The notes beneath the pieces were generated by a model. It was not told the origin of the DNA. It searched no databases and saw only the letters and a program-made list of their open reading frames with translations. A stretch of 62,730 bases of DNA, counting the filler, from Basidiobolus ranarum (taxonomy: Eukaryota): NCBI GenBank assembly GCA_040143965.1. It is 36 parts of 36 records of this genome, joined end to end, with 100 filler letters (N's around TTAATTAATTAA, not from the genome) between each part and the next. Parts side by side here need not be neighbours in the genome. Positions count along the whole stretch, not along the records: positions 47,171 to 48,811 come from JASJQH010011526.1; positions 48,912 to 50,552 come from JASJQH010011527.1; positions 50,653 to 52,293 come from JASJQH010011528.1; positions 52,394 to 54,033 come from JASJQH010011529.1; positions 54,134 to 55,773 come from JASJQH010011530.1; positions 55,874 to 57,513 come from JASJQH010011531.1; positions 57,614 to 59,252 come from JASJQH010011532.1; positions 59,353 to 60,991 come from JASJQH010011533.1; 28 more parts are not named here. The stretch is one strand, 5' to 3'. A program made the position numbers and the translations under genes. Of the stretch, positions 47,754 to 59,392 are shown one piece after another (position 1 is the stretch's first letter; each line of letters begins with the position of its first letter).

Positions 47754-47880
47754 GGGACAGACCCATATTACAGTACATCCCAGAGTTATTCAACCATGGT
47801 TATTGCACCCTTTGAACACCTCACAAAACCATTAAGATAATGCAGGTATAGTTGCTGCTTAAATCCTAATACAATTACAT
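47754..47880 (+). repeat. Unclassified dispersed repeat (copy of 12018-12140)
   Basis: Begins ATT|GGGACAGACCCATATTACAG, interrupting a copia RNase H fragment. Confidence 0.7.
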
Positions 47881-48711
47881 TGCCAGATTATCACACAAGC
47901 AAATTGGTCTAATTATAGAGGTACTTACTCTGTGTCCATGGATTGGGCTTTGTTGCAGTTATTGTGCTCAAACAATGCAAAAACCAGTGAGCACATTGAA
48001 AAGAGCCCTTTGTTGGCATGTTAATATACTCTGGAGTCTCCTTAATCCATTACATTACATCCATCACCAATTTTGCTGATACATTGTTAATCAGATTAGC
48101 ACACAGTGATACTGACAATTTCACACAGAGCATCTTTTCACCACAGGTGCGCTCTATTGGGAACTCCCAGAATGTGTAGCAAGGGCCTATAATCTCTAAG
48201 CATTGTCAAAGATGTAGCAGGGAATGTATAAAATACCAACATATATTCACTCTATCTTGTTTGAACATGTAATAAATTTATCATATACAATTACAAAATC
48301 TTTGCACAGTCACTGTATCTGCCTGGACTATAAGTAAACACAATTGACAAGTGTTTTACACTTGTACCAGGTCTGTGGCAAGCAACAGTTGCCAATCATC
48401 TGTGGTAAAAGTGTAAGAAAACCAATAAACATCTGGTTGCTAAGATTGGATTGAACTCTCCAATCCTTGGTAATCACAGATGCTTCCTTTACTGTAAGTG
48501 TTATGAGTCGACTAATGTTTGCTGATAACAAAGAGTCCGTAACAAAACCATTGTCTTCTTCTTCAACTTCTGATATACTGCCATTGGTACTGGAATAACC
48601 AAGGTCAACATCAAGCAGCAAGTCCTCAAAGTTGTCTGGACTTACTGGTTCAACCAAAGTTGCATTTTGACCTACATCATTCTGCTCATATAACTGTGTC
48701 AACTCCACAGT
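47881..48711 (-). mobile_element. CACTA-like transposase pieces (N- and C-terminal regions joined)
   Basis: IHSLLHL*QCLEIIGPCYTFWEFPIERTCG near 48140-48230, plus ORF 48328..48708. Confidence 0.85.
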
Positions 48712-48911
48712 ACCTTCAGTCTAGCAATCCACTATCCACTTTGCAAGGTATTAACATGCTGGAAACTAACTCAAGTGATGATTAAGACTTAATTGATTTA
48801 CCAGCTGTGTTNNNNNNNNNNNNNNNNNNNNNNNNNNNNNNNNNNNNNNNNNNNNTTAATTAATTAANNNNNNNNNNNNNNNNNNNNNNNNNNNNNNNNN
48901 NNNNNNNNNNN

Positions 48912-49267
48912 ACCGACATTTGCTCCAATGTTTACACCACCCGATTGACTACCTCCATTGCCTTTGACACCACTACTACTACCTACGCCTGGTAACTTGA
49001 CGTCAGTATCAATGCTGACTCTACTTTTACCACCACTACCTTTATCACCGCCATCTACACCCGATAGATTAATATCAGCGCCAATATTGATTCCACGTTT
49101 ATCATCACTGGCTTTGCCACCAACGCTTACACCCAGTAGATTAACATTGGCACCAATATCGACTCCGATTTGGCCTCCGCTGTCTCTATCTCCACCACTG
49201 CCGCCTACATCAGGCAAGTTGATGCTGGCATCATTAGTAATACCTCCATTACTCAGTACTAGTGACA
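48912..49267 (-). CDS. Gly/Val-rich pseudo-repeat protein exon, 3' truncated
   Basis: Repeating G(V/I)(N/D)IGA(N/D)(V/I)NL(P/L/S)GV units separated by Gly/Ser linkers. A branch-like TACTGAC, a T-tract and an AG acceptor precede it. Confidence 0.65.
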
Positions 49268-49805
49268 CTTATAGTGCTCATAATTAAAGCGACAAAAAAA
49301 CTTAGGGTCAGTAAATGGTCTCACACATTTAGCAATGGTCAATACAAAAGGTTTTGGTGGGATGCACAAAAAATCTGAACTGAATTGTATTCATTTTAGA
49401 ATTTATTCATGATTTATACAAGCCAAATCAAAGATGGTAATAGTAAAAGTTTGCTACTATACTTACACTTAACTTTGGATATTTTGCATGCCTGAGTGCT
49501 ACATAAAGTATGAATTAATCTTGCAAGTACTGGAAACCTTTCTGACTTACACTACACTCTTCACCATTGAATCGTAGTTCCATGCTCAATAATATATGAA
49601 ATAGTTAGAGGTTTACACATAGCGATAATAGTTATAATAAGAATGATACACTTCAACACAGTCTTCAATCAACAGTAAGCCTGTAATATGTTCAACGACG
49701 GATATTTCGGGGCATGTGCGCATTGTTCGGCAATATTATGATTATTACTCGGTGGGTTCTTTCTATTTGGCTTACGTTTCTACTGCTTTTATGCCCTTTT
49801 AGGGA

Positions 49806-50552
49806 TTACCCTTCAAATTTCACTTTTGATGACTTTAACTTTGATATCATACCCTTTGGCACCAACTCTGTGCTCATCAAATGAAGACTCCCAAATGAAT
49901 CCAAAAATCGTTGCCCATAATGGCAAACTATCCATTCCCAATAAGCACTTTTTGCGCCTGGAAAACTACTATCCATGTGACCCTTGAGCCGGTAGATGTT
50001 GGCAGTCACTTCTTTTGAAAACACTGGTGGTTCAGGATATGTGAGCGTCAAGAGTTTTCTATACATTTGGAACCACTGGACAAGCCTAAATTCACGGCCT
50101 TCACAATATTCATCAAAGGAAAGTAGTCTCCTCACCTTGTTCCGTTCTTGGTCTTGCTCCTCAACAAGAGTACTTACGAGTTTTCTCTTCTCTCTAGAGT
50201 GTTCGCCTTCCAACGCATCCCATGCACTATCTTTGTAACGGTAAACAAGTTGTCTTGCTTTATCGTATGCTTTCTTCTGTTGATCGTACAATTTCACATC
50301 CTCCTCGGGTAATTGACTAAATCCATCACTAGATCCTGTTCTCTCCAATGCTTTTCGAAGCGCCAAAATTTCAATGAAAGGATTCTTGAGGCCAAGGCCA
50401 CCGGCATTAATTGGCCAGTATACCCAAGCGTCTGGAATGACAGTATCTTGCAATGAAGGTATGCGTGCTTTAATGATCGTAGACAGGTATGTCAAAGCGT
50501 CACCATTCTGTGAACGAAAAATTTTGTGCTCGATCATCTTTAGAGCCTCAAT
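49806..50552 (-). CDS. rvt: rvt-family cellular reverse-transcriptase-related protein, C-terminal region (5' truncated)
   Basis: Open frame of about 248 codons with IPDAWVYWPINAGGLGLKNPF, SFDEYCEGRE, YWEWIVCHYG...FGSL and LVPKGMI...KVKFEG*. I recall this motif series from the C-terminus of fungal RVT proteins. The frame is intact and not CpG-depleted. Confidence 0.8.
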   Translation of the reverse strand: MEALKMIEHKIFRSQNGDALTYLSTIIKARIPSLQDTVIPDAWVYWPINAGGLGLKNPFIEILALRKALERTGSSDGFSQLPEEDVKLYDQQKKAYDKARQLVYRYKDSAWDALEGEHSREKRKLVSTLVEEQDQERNKVRRLLSFDEYCEGREFRLVQWFQMYRKLLTLTYPEPPVFSKEVTANIYRLKGHMDSSFPGAKSAYWEWIVCHYGQRFLDSFGSLHLMSTELVPKGMISKLKSSKVKFEG

Positions 50553-50652
50553 NNNNNNNNNNNNNNNNNNNNNNNNNNNNNNNNNNNNNNNNNNNNTTAA
50601 TTAATTAANNNNNNNNNNNNNNNNNNNNNNNNNNNNNNNNNNNNNNNNNNNN

Positions 50653-51796
50653 GTGGGAGTAAAATGAGCTATCATTGGGGCAATTTGGACAAGTTTGAAA
50701 TTTCTAATATGGAATTGCTAATTCTCACATTATTCACATATATATATGATATATGTGGCAATTTTCAGCTAAGTGATATTTGACTAAGTAATGGTAACTA
50801 ACTTATATGTGATATATGAAATAGTTAGGTGTAATAAGATAGCGATAATAAATATGATAAAGACAATACACTTCAACAATTACTATATCAATGAGTCCCC
50901 AAAATTAGGCCTATGCCTGCACAGTGCCAATGAATGAGCCTCACACTGTAAAGAAGATGCTGAATAGCTCTTACATGAAGTTTTGGAGATCTGCAATGGC
51001 TGATAAGTGCTGAAATCAGCATTGCCTAAGTACCTACATAGTCATATATAGCTTAGTACTTAGTTATCTTATAATTCACTAAGATGTTTACAAAACTTTT
51101 TTCAACATCTTCCATCCATTCATTTTCATGTTTAAATATGGGTAAAGAATTAATACCAGGATTGTGACCAAACAATGTCACACTTTTCCAATTTAATTTA
51201 TATATCCAGTCTGGTATTGGTCCACTTAGTTTATCAATCTATATATCCAAGAACTTCTAAGTTGGTAAAATTATTCTAAGTATATTCCAATTGAGAATAA
51301 TTAAAAATATCTTAGTGTATTATCAGATAACCAAGTACTAAGCTATATATGACTAGATGGGTGTTTAGTCAATGTTAATTTCAACACTTGCCCTTAAGTA
51401 AATAGTTATATAAGCTAATCCTAATAAAGGTCTAAATTTCTCAAATTTCTGTCAAGCTAGTGGTTTTGTTAACATATCAGCAAGCATATCTTATGTAGAG
51501 CAATAAGTTGAGTCCATAAACTTATTCTCTACAGTTTCCCTAATTAAGTGATGCTTAATATTAAATGTTTGCTCCTATCATGAAATGTGGGATTCTTAGC
51601 TAATATGATGCAACTCCAATTATCTTGAAATATTGTAGTTGGGGGATTTGGAGAATAACATATATCTGTTAAGAGTTTTCTTAAGCATATTGCTTCTTTT
51701 GTTGCTTCACAGGCAGCCATGTATTCAGCTTCTGTTGTTGAAAGTACAATGGTAGGTTGTTACTTCGAATTCCAAGAAATAGCTCCATTACAGCAA
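50653..51796 (-). mobile_element. Mosaic of LTR D (50653-50878), LTR C pieces and copia RNase H
   Basis: LTR matches as above. STTEAEYMAACEA appears on the minus strand near 51700-51745. Confidence 0.8.
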
Positions 51797-52293
51797 CCTA
51801 ACATAAATTTGAGGATTGTTATTGTAGAAAAACCATCATAATTTTAATCCATATGGGATTGACCTTTTACTTACCATCATTAAATCATCAAGTTTGATTT
51901 GATTTTAAACAATTTTTTCAGTTTCAGGAGTGAAATTTCAAGATCTTGCAAAATAGTTGCACATGATTGGCTAAATTTGCAGAGAACTATGGATAAACAC
52001 ATGTGCAAAACATGTAACTGAAATTTTACACAATTACCACTTGAACGCTAACTTGTCACCTTTGAAATCCATAGTCTCTTTGATATATTCTCATGAATAT
52101 TTTGATAGAGTTCTTCATACCCAAGGTTTAGCTCATACCCAACACAAGTTTGTGGCAATATCTCCAGCAAAGCCCACCAATTTATTAACGTTGCTGAATC
52201 AACATTCTTCCAGCTATCTGGCGGATACCCTGCAATATTGTGCCACTCTGTATTAACTTCTTCCCAGATATCTGCACGGTCAACACCAGACTG
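51797..52293 (+). mobile_element. CACTA-like end A and subterminal region
   Basis: CCTAACATAAATTTGAGG, then the ORF2 3' end on the minus strand. Confidence 0.8.
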
Positions 52294-52393
52294 NNNNNNN
52301 NNNNNNNNNNNNNNNNNNNNNNNNNNNNNNNNNNNNNTTAATTAATTAANNNNNNNNNNNNNNNNNNNNNNNNNNNNNNNNNNNNNNNNNNNN

Positions 52394-53472
52394 TGCACGC
52401 AAATGGCAATTGGGCTAGTATAGGCCTATTCACAAAACATCTCAAAAATGTATACAATTATCAACTTAGAAAAGAACAAAAAGCCGATACAGAAATACTA
52501 AAGGAGCAGAAAGTTAGTAAACCCAAGGGAAAAGCAAAGGAGCCAGTGTGTTCAGGCTCTACTGTCCCACTTACCAAATTCTTCACACTATTACAAAGAA
52601 CTGCATTTCCAGAGTCAGATATACTGGCAAAAGAGCCTATATTTCACCTTGGAACAAGGTACAACAGTTGGAAGAGTGCTAAAATTTAGAAGTTTATCCA
52701 ACACCTGGCACCTCTCAACAAGCCAAAGCACCAGTAAAAAAAATTATGGCTCTCCAACCTCAACTGGTACTTTTCAAAGTGTTGAAATTAGCCCTAAGCT
52801 TTAAGGCAAGCAAAAAGCCACACAAACACCGCAAAGCACCCTTTGTAGTGCACACTACAAGGATGTACAAAAATAGTCAAAGTGCTTGAGGAGTATTTTC
52901 AAAAGTAAGAAGGGAAAAACACAGTGCAAACATGCACAAAGTGGCTTCAGAAGAAGAATATTCCACTTAACATTCAGTCTGGTTTTGACCATGCAGATAT
53001 CTGGGAAGAACTGAATACAGAGTGGCACAATATTGCAGGGTATCCATCACATAGCTGGAAGAATGTTGATTCAGCAATGTTAACACAATGGTGGGCTTTG
53101 ATTAATCTATTGATACAAACTTGTGTTAAATATGAGCTAATTCTTGGGTATGAAAAACTCTATAAAAATGTTCAGGAGAATATATCAAAGAAACTAAGGA
53201 TTTCAAAGGTATCAAATTAGTGTTCAAGTGGTAAATATGTCAAATTTGAGTTACATTTTTCACACATTTGTTGATCCATAGTTTTCTGAGATTGTAGCCA
53301 ATCAAGTGCAACTATTTTGCAAGATCTTGAAATTATATTCCTGAAATTGAAAAAATTGATTATAATCAAATCTAACTTGACACTTTTATGATGTTAATTG
53401 AACAGTCAATCCTACACAGATTAAAATTGTGATGGTTTTCCTACAATAACAATCTGCCAATTTTTGTTAGGG
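52394..53472 (+). mobile_element. CACTA-like ORF2 3' half through end A
   Basis: Parallel to 16230-17238 and ends TTTTTGTTAGGG. Confidence 0.85.
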
Positions 53473-53654
53473 AACGTGTGGCCATCTCCAATAAGAACCT
53501 TTCCAATTTGGATTTCTTCATAATCCACAAACCAATGTTTTTCATTTGTAAAATGTTGGGAGGCCCCAGAACAATATACCACATCTGCAAATCCTTGTTG
53601 GTAGTCACATATAGGGCAGATATGAACAAGTGATCTTCCATTGTAATCACATTA
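53473..53654 (-). mobile_element. Copia protease remnant between two CACTA-like ends
   Basis: HLFISAL...MWYIVLGPP, a degenerate WYIDSGAS region. Confidence 0.6.
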
Positions 53655-54033
53655 CCCTAACAGAAATTTGAGGATTGTTATCATAGGAAAACCATCACAA
53701 TTTAAATCCATTTGGGATTGACCATTTGTTTACTGTCATAAAATCGTCAAGTTAGATTTGATTTTAATAAATTTTTTCAATTTCAGGAGTGAAATTTCAA
53801 GATCTCACAAAATAGTTGCAAATGATTGGCTAAAGTCTCAGAGAACTATGGATCAAACATGTGTGAAAAACATAAATCAAATTTTATACAATGACCACTT
53901 GAACACTAATTTGTCACCTTTGAAATCCCTAGTCTCTTTGATATATTCTCCTGAATATTTTTATAGAGCTCTTCATACCCAAGGTTTAGCTCATACCCAA
54001 CACAAGTTTGTGTCAATATCTCCATCAAAGCCC
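53655..54033 (+). mobile_element. CACTA-like end A
   Basis: CCCTAACAGAAATTTGAGG. Confidence 0.85.
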
Positions 54034-54133
54034 NNNNNNNNNNNNNNNNNNNNNNNNNNNNNNNNNNNNNNNNNNNNTTAATTAATTAANNNNNNNNNNN
54101 NNNNNNNNNNNNNNNNNNNNNNNNNNNNNNNNN

Positions 54134-54652
54134 CTTCTTTGTTTCAGTGTCAGAATCTGTACTTTCTTCTTCAGAAGTTTCTTCTTCTTCATCTGGTTGA
54201 GCTACTTCCCAGACATGTTTCCCTTCAAGCACAAGTTGCATCTTAAATTTTCATTCATGGAAATCTTCCTGATTGAATGTTGGAATATTAGTAAGCTCCT
54301 TTTGGGAAAAAGACTCTAACTCACTTGATGCTACCATGTTGGAGGATCTTGACATAATGGGGGTTGACTTTGAGTAGTAGAAGTAACTTATGATAGTGTG
54401 CTTAGTTACCTTATTCTTAAGAGTATATGGTGACTTATATAGTCAAAACGTAAATCAATTGTTTGAGATATTCAGGAGTTTGTGTAATAAGATATAATAG
54501 ATAAGTGCGGGTAATAAGACATACTTGTTATTTAGATATAGAGATATTCCTATTTAGAATATAGGGGCTATAGATACATTGCTTTCTGTTTCTGCTATAG
54601 GTAGCATAACTTAAGTTAACTATGATGTTGAATAAAGAATAATTATCCAACA
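54134..54652 (-). mobile_element. Copia family B complete 5' LTR (54652-54337), PBS and gag start
   Basis: TGTTGGA...TCCAACA (316 bp), followed immediately by TGGTAGCA. The gag frame reads FNQEDFHE*KFKMQLVLEGK. Confidence 0.88.
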
Positions 54653-54831
54653 AAAGCAACCTTATAATTTTTCCTTATGATCTAACACCAATGACTACAG
54701 TGTTCTACCCAAAATTCCCTTGTTATTATGATTCTTTACAAATAATCTATGGAGGGATATACAATACTTAGTGAAGTAGGCATTGATGAAGTGGCTGGTC
54801 TTGATGGTGATTCTATTGAACTTTGCTCAAA

Positions 54832-55773
54832 CCTAACAGAAATTTGAGGATTGCTATTGTAGGAAAACCATCACAGTTTTAATCCATTTTAGATTGACCA
54901 TTTACTTACCATCATAAAGTTGTCAAGTTAGATTAGAATTTAATCAATTTTTTCAGTTTAGTAGTGAAACTTCAAGATCTTGCAAAATAGTTGCACATGA
55001 TTAGCTACAATCTTTGAGAACTATTGATCAACACATGCACAAAAAACATAACTCATATTTACTCAGTTACCACTTGAACACTAATTTATTATATTTGAAA
55101 TCCCTGGTTTCTTTGGTACATTATCCTGAATATATTCATGGAGTTCTTTGTACCCAAGGTTTAACTCATATCCAAGACAAGTTTGTATCAATATCTTCAT
55201 CCAAGCCCACCATTGTATTAACATTGCTGAATTAACATTCTTCCAGCTATCTGGCATATATCCTACAAAAATATGCCCCTCTGTATCAATTTTTTCCAAG
55301 ATATCTCCATGGTCAACACCGGACTAAATGTCAAGTTGAATGTGCCTCTTCTGAAGCCACTTTCTGCACACTTGCACTGCATTTTTCCCTTCATACTTTC
55401 AAAAATACTCCTCATGAACTTTTATTATTTTTAAATGCCCTTGTAGGATGATACTACTGAAGGTGCTTTGAGATGTTTGTGTAGCTTTTTGCTTGCCTTT
55501 AAGTTCGGGGCTAATTGCAACACTTTGAAAAGTACCAGTTGATGATGGGGGGCCATTAGTTTTATTTGCTGGTGTTTTGGCTTCTTGAGAGGTGCCAGGT
55601 GTTGGATAAACTTCCATATTCAGCACCCTTCCAACTAGTGTACCTGATTCCATGGTGAAATTAAGCTTTTTTGCCAGTATATCAGACTCTGGAAATGCAG
55701 ATCTTTGTAATGGTGTGAAGGACTTGGTAAGTGGGACAGTAGAGCCTAAACTCACGGGCTCCTTTGCTTTTCC
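54832..55773 (-). mobile_element. CACTA-like end A and ORF2 3' half
   Basis: The TIR is at 54832. ORF 55399..55755 matches ORF2. Confidence 0.85.
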
Positions 55774-55873
55774 NNNNNNNNNNNNNNNNNNNNNNNNNNN
55801 NNNNNNNNNNNNNNNNNTTAATTAATTAANNNNNNNNNNNNNNNNNNNNNNNNNNNNNNNNNNNNNNNNNNNN

Positions 55874-56056
55874 AGTGATTCCTTTCAAGATCACTTTGTC
55901 GGTCATTTTGGTCTTTGAAAAGGGACCAGATTTCTTAGTTGTGTCTTTAATGGGGACTGAATATGTCAAATCTCTGAACACCACTTGGACTGGCTCTGGC
56001 TTGGATAGATATTTCCCTGGCATGGACAGGCTAGTATCCTGGTTTGAGGGAATCAT
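55874..56056 (-). CDS. ABCG-type ABC transporter, N-terminus (copy 1)
   Basis: VQVVFRDLTYSVP...KVILKGIT, the pre-Walker A segment of NBD-first ABCG proteins. Confidence 0.8.
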
Positions 56057-57330
56057 TAGTTTTGCTATGATTGTTGAATTGATTTGGTGAAATTAAATGA
56101 TGACTGAGGTAAGTATGATGCTCCCAACTTATATAGTTTGATCTTTGAGGTGTTCATTACTGAGCACCTCATCAGATCGATAACTAGGAGAAGTCGACTC
56201 GATGGATAAACGGATAAATGGGCAAATAGATAAAATGAACTTTTGGGTACACTCACAAGTGCCAATCACATTATTGGATTGAGTCTGGCATAGAGTTGAT
56301 GTGTAGTACCAAAAGGAGTAAGATAATTTCCGTAATATTTCAAGTTTTAATGCATCATTGGTTAGCACTATCCAACTGGAGGGAGTCCGCAGCTTATAAC
56401 TGGATTTAACGCTGTACCTCATATTTAATACTGTTAGAACTTGGCAATAACCTGTTGGATGAGTTTTGATCTATTAGAGGGCCAAACACATTCTAAGGGT
56501 AGTTTAGAAGACGATCAGCGACTGCAGCTTCTCAGGTATCGATTTCTAGCTGAGTGTCAAATTTCTAAAATATATAGCATTGTTTTTCCACACGATTGAG
56601 TACGATCTTCATACCTTGTCCATGCTCCTTCACAATCGTGATTTGATGTTGATTAATCAAACGATTTGAAATTAGCAAGGAGAGCTATGGCAATAGATCT
56701 GAAATGCAAGATCCATTATGCGTTATTTATGGAAATACAACACTACAAGATAAGTACTAACAACAAAAACCTTAACCTTAGTTGAATGAAACCGTGACTA
56801 GATAGGTAGTGTACATTGTACAATTTTCGATCAATATAATCTTCATCCACACATAAAAGGGTGAGCTGCGGACCTTGGAAGTGAAATCTAAACTTATCCA
56901 CTGGTCAATAGCAACGTTACTATTTGATCGGAAAAATGGAGTTACTCTGCTCCGACAGCAGCCTTAAGACAGTAACCTTAAATTACTTTCATATGAATCC
57001 CAAATTCTGGGATATACGGAGAAGGGGCTTTCGTAATAATAAAGAAATATCAAACTAATGTTCACTCTATGGAAAATAGAAGTAATCATATGAACGAGGT
57101 GCGTAATTTAATGACCAATTAATTCTACTAAGTGTTAGAATCAAAGGGATGCGCGATTCATCATATTGTCTTCTGTGTTTCATGATTCAGGGAGGTCGAT
57201 GCTATGAACCTATTAAATCCATATGCCTGTCTATATAAAGTCTGAAGTATCCTAAGTTTATTTCTTCAGTTATTTATTTCGCCTTGTATTCATTCATACT
57301 TAAATCAACAACAGCAACCCAAGCAAACAA

Positions 57331-57513
57331 ATGGACTCCTCAATCCAGGAACATAGCCTGTCCATGCCAAGGAAATATCTATCCAAGCCAGAACCGGTCC
57401 AAGTTGTGTTCAGGGATTTGACATATTCAGTCCCCGTTAAGGACACAACTAAGAAATCTGGTCTCTTGTCGAAGACCCAAATGACCAACAAAGTGATCTT
57501 GAAAGGACTCACC
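57331..57513 (+). CDS. ABCG-type ABC transporter, N-terminus (copy 2)
   Basis: VQVVFRDLTYSVP...KVILKGLT. TATATAAA lies near 57232. Confidence 0.8.
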
Positions 57514-57613
57514 NNNNNNNNNNNNNNNNNNNNNNNNNNNNNNNNNNNNNNNNNNNNTTAATTAATTAANNNNNNNNNNNNNNNNNNNNNNNNNNNNNNN
57601 NNNNNNNNNNNNN

Positions 57614-57719
57614 ACAAAACTATAAATGTCAACTTTCTACTCAATAAATCAATAAGTGAAAACCACCAATTCCTCTAATTCTCCAAACCACTTCCAACAG
57701 GCTCCCAAATACTTTAACA
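57614..57719 (+). repeat. LTR C 3' end
   Basis: Ends CCCAAATACTTTAACA, the reverse complement of 40593-40690. Confidence 0.75.
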
Positions 57720-59030
57720 TTTTGATGGTAGTCATACGCGTTAAAATATTGATCCTCACATTTAGCATCCATTATTTAATTTCCAGCAATTTTGCAAAAA
57801 TATAATTCTCAAGTGCCAAATTACTGGGTTTACTGCTGTGGGAATTTGAATTAACATGTATGCCTTTATTTAGATATTTTTGGCTTTATATTCCAGGCAT
57901 AATGAGAATCAAAAAATACAAGAATCTCATTGTGTTTAGTCTCTACATATGCATTTACTTGACTGATTAGACATAGCTTGACAGGATCAATATGCTTTAC
58001 CAGCAAACTAATGGTGGAAAAATTGCTAAACATCTAACATTTTGAATAGCACTGACACTTGGCAAATAGCTGACTCTTGTTACCATTGACAATGAAGATA
58101 AGCTCTTGGATTTTGGCAAATTTCCAAAACAAATTTGGCCCAAATATCCCCAAATTGCAATCAAAAAATGTCCTGCCACAAGTAGATGTTTCATTGCTTG
58201 GATAGATTACCCCATGGCTAAAACAATAATAATGCATATCTTGATCCCCTAACAAAAATAAAATCAAATTGATCCGGATTGGATCCACCCTACAAAATAG
58301 CAAAACTGTCACAATATTGGTGGCTTACATTCTGCCAGGGATTATGATGGTGTAATGGTGGTTTCTTGATGGTATTTTGATGGTATTCATACATGTTAAG
58401 ATATTAATCCTCAAATTTGGCTTGCATTATTCAATATCCTGCAATTTTTGCAAAAATCTAATATTTAAATGGCAATTTACTGGGTTTACTGCTGAAAAAA
58501 TTCAAATTAATATGCATGCCATTATTTAGTTATTTTTGGCTTTATATTCGAGCCATAATGAGAATCAAAAAATACAAGAATCTTGTTGTGTTTTGTCTCT
58601 ACATATGCACGTATTTGACTGATTAGACATAACTCAACAAAGTCAATATGCCTTACCAGCAAACTAATGGTAGAAAAATTGTTAAACATCTGAGATTTTG
58701 AACAGCACTGTCACTTGACAAATAGCTGACTCTTGTTGCCATTTGCAATGACAATAAGCTCTTGGATTTTGGCAAATTTCCATAAAGAATTCAGCCAATA
58801 TATCCCCAACTTGCAGTCAACAAATGTTCTGCCTCTAGTAGATGGGTCATTGCTTGAATAGATTACCCCATGGCTAAAGCAATAATACTGTGTATCTCCA
58901 TCTATCTCACCAAGAGGTCTGTCTGCAGCTTTCCTAAAGACACTGTCAGATTATTACACAAACAAATTAGTCCTAATTATGGAGGTACTTACTCTGTTTC
59001 CATGGATTGGGCTTTGTTGCTGTTATTATG
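57720..59030 (-). mobile_element. Two nested CACTA-like end B regions
   Basis: The subterminal copy 57720-58246 is interrupted by a second copy starting CCCTAACAAAAAT at 58247. Confidence 0.85.
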
Positions 59031-59392
59031 CTTGTTGTGTCCAAGAGAAAAGTGGATAAAAAGTTTTGAACTTTACTGAACCAAAGAAACAGTTAAGTGC
59101 TGAATCTTAGAACTGTTTAAGCAGGATATATAAGCAGAGCAGATCTTATTGGGAAAATATGGGCTGTTTGGAGGAACTTTAGAAAAGTGGAGTTGTGAAT
59201 AGCTTTGTGAGATAATTATTTATTGACCAGAAATTAAGCATTTATACATTTTNNNNNNNNNNNNNNNNNNNNNNNNNNNNNNNNNNNNNNNNNNNNTTAA
59301 TTAATTAANNNNNNNNNNNNNNNNNNNNNNNNNNNNNNNNNNNNNNNNNNNNGTCATTGTTTCCAGTCCTTGTCCAGTTCATTATTGTGACA

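Noticed and set aside
48958-49287. Pro/Leu-rich plus-strand ORF
   Set aside because: It is the antisense shadow of the Gly-rich minus-strand exon.
7003-50552. Apparent cluster or system made of the NRPS, oxidoreductase, NRPS-like pseudogene, rvt and transporters
   Set aside because: These genes lie on different contigs ordered only by length, so adjacency across linkers carries no information.
52924-53220. Recurrent ORFs in the CACTA-like subterminal region (also 16905, 52041, 53758, 55014) suggesting a third gene
   Set aside because: They occur on both strands with inconsistent starts and stops between copies and show no recognisable motif. A consensus would be needed before calling a gene.
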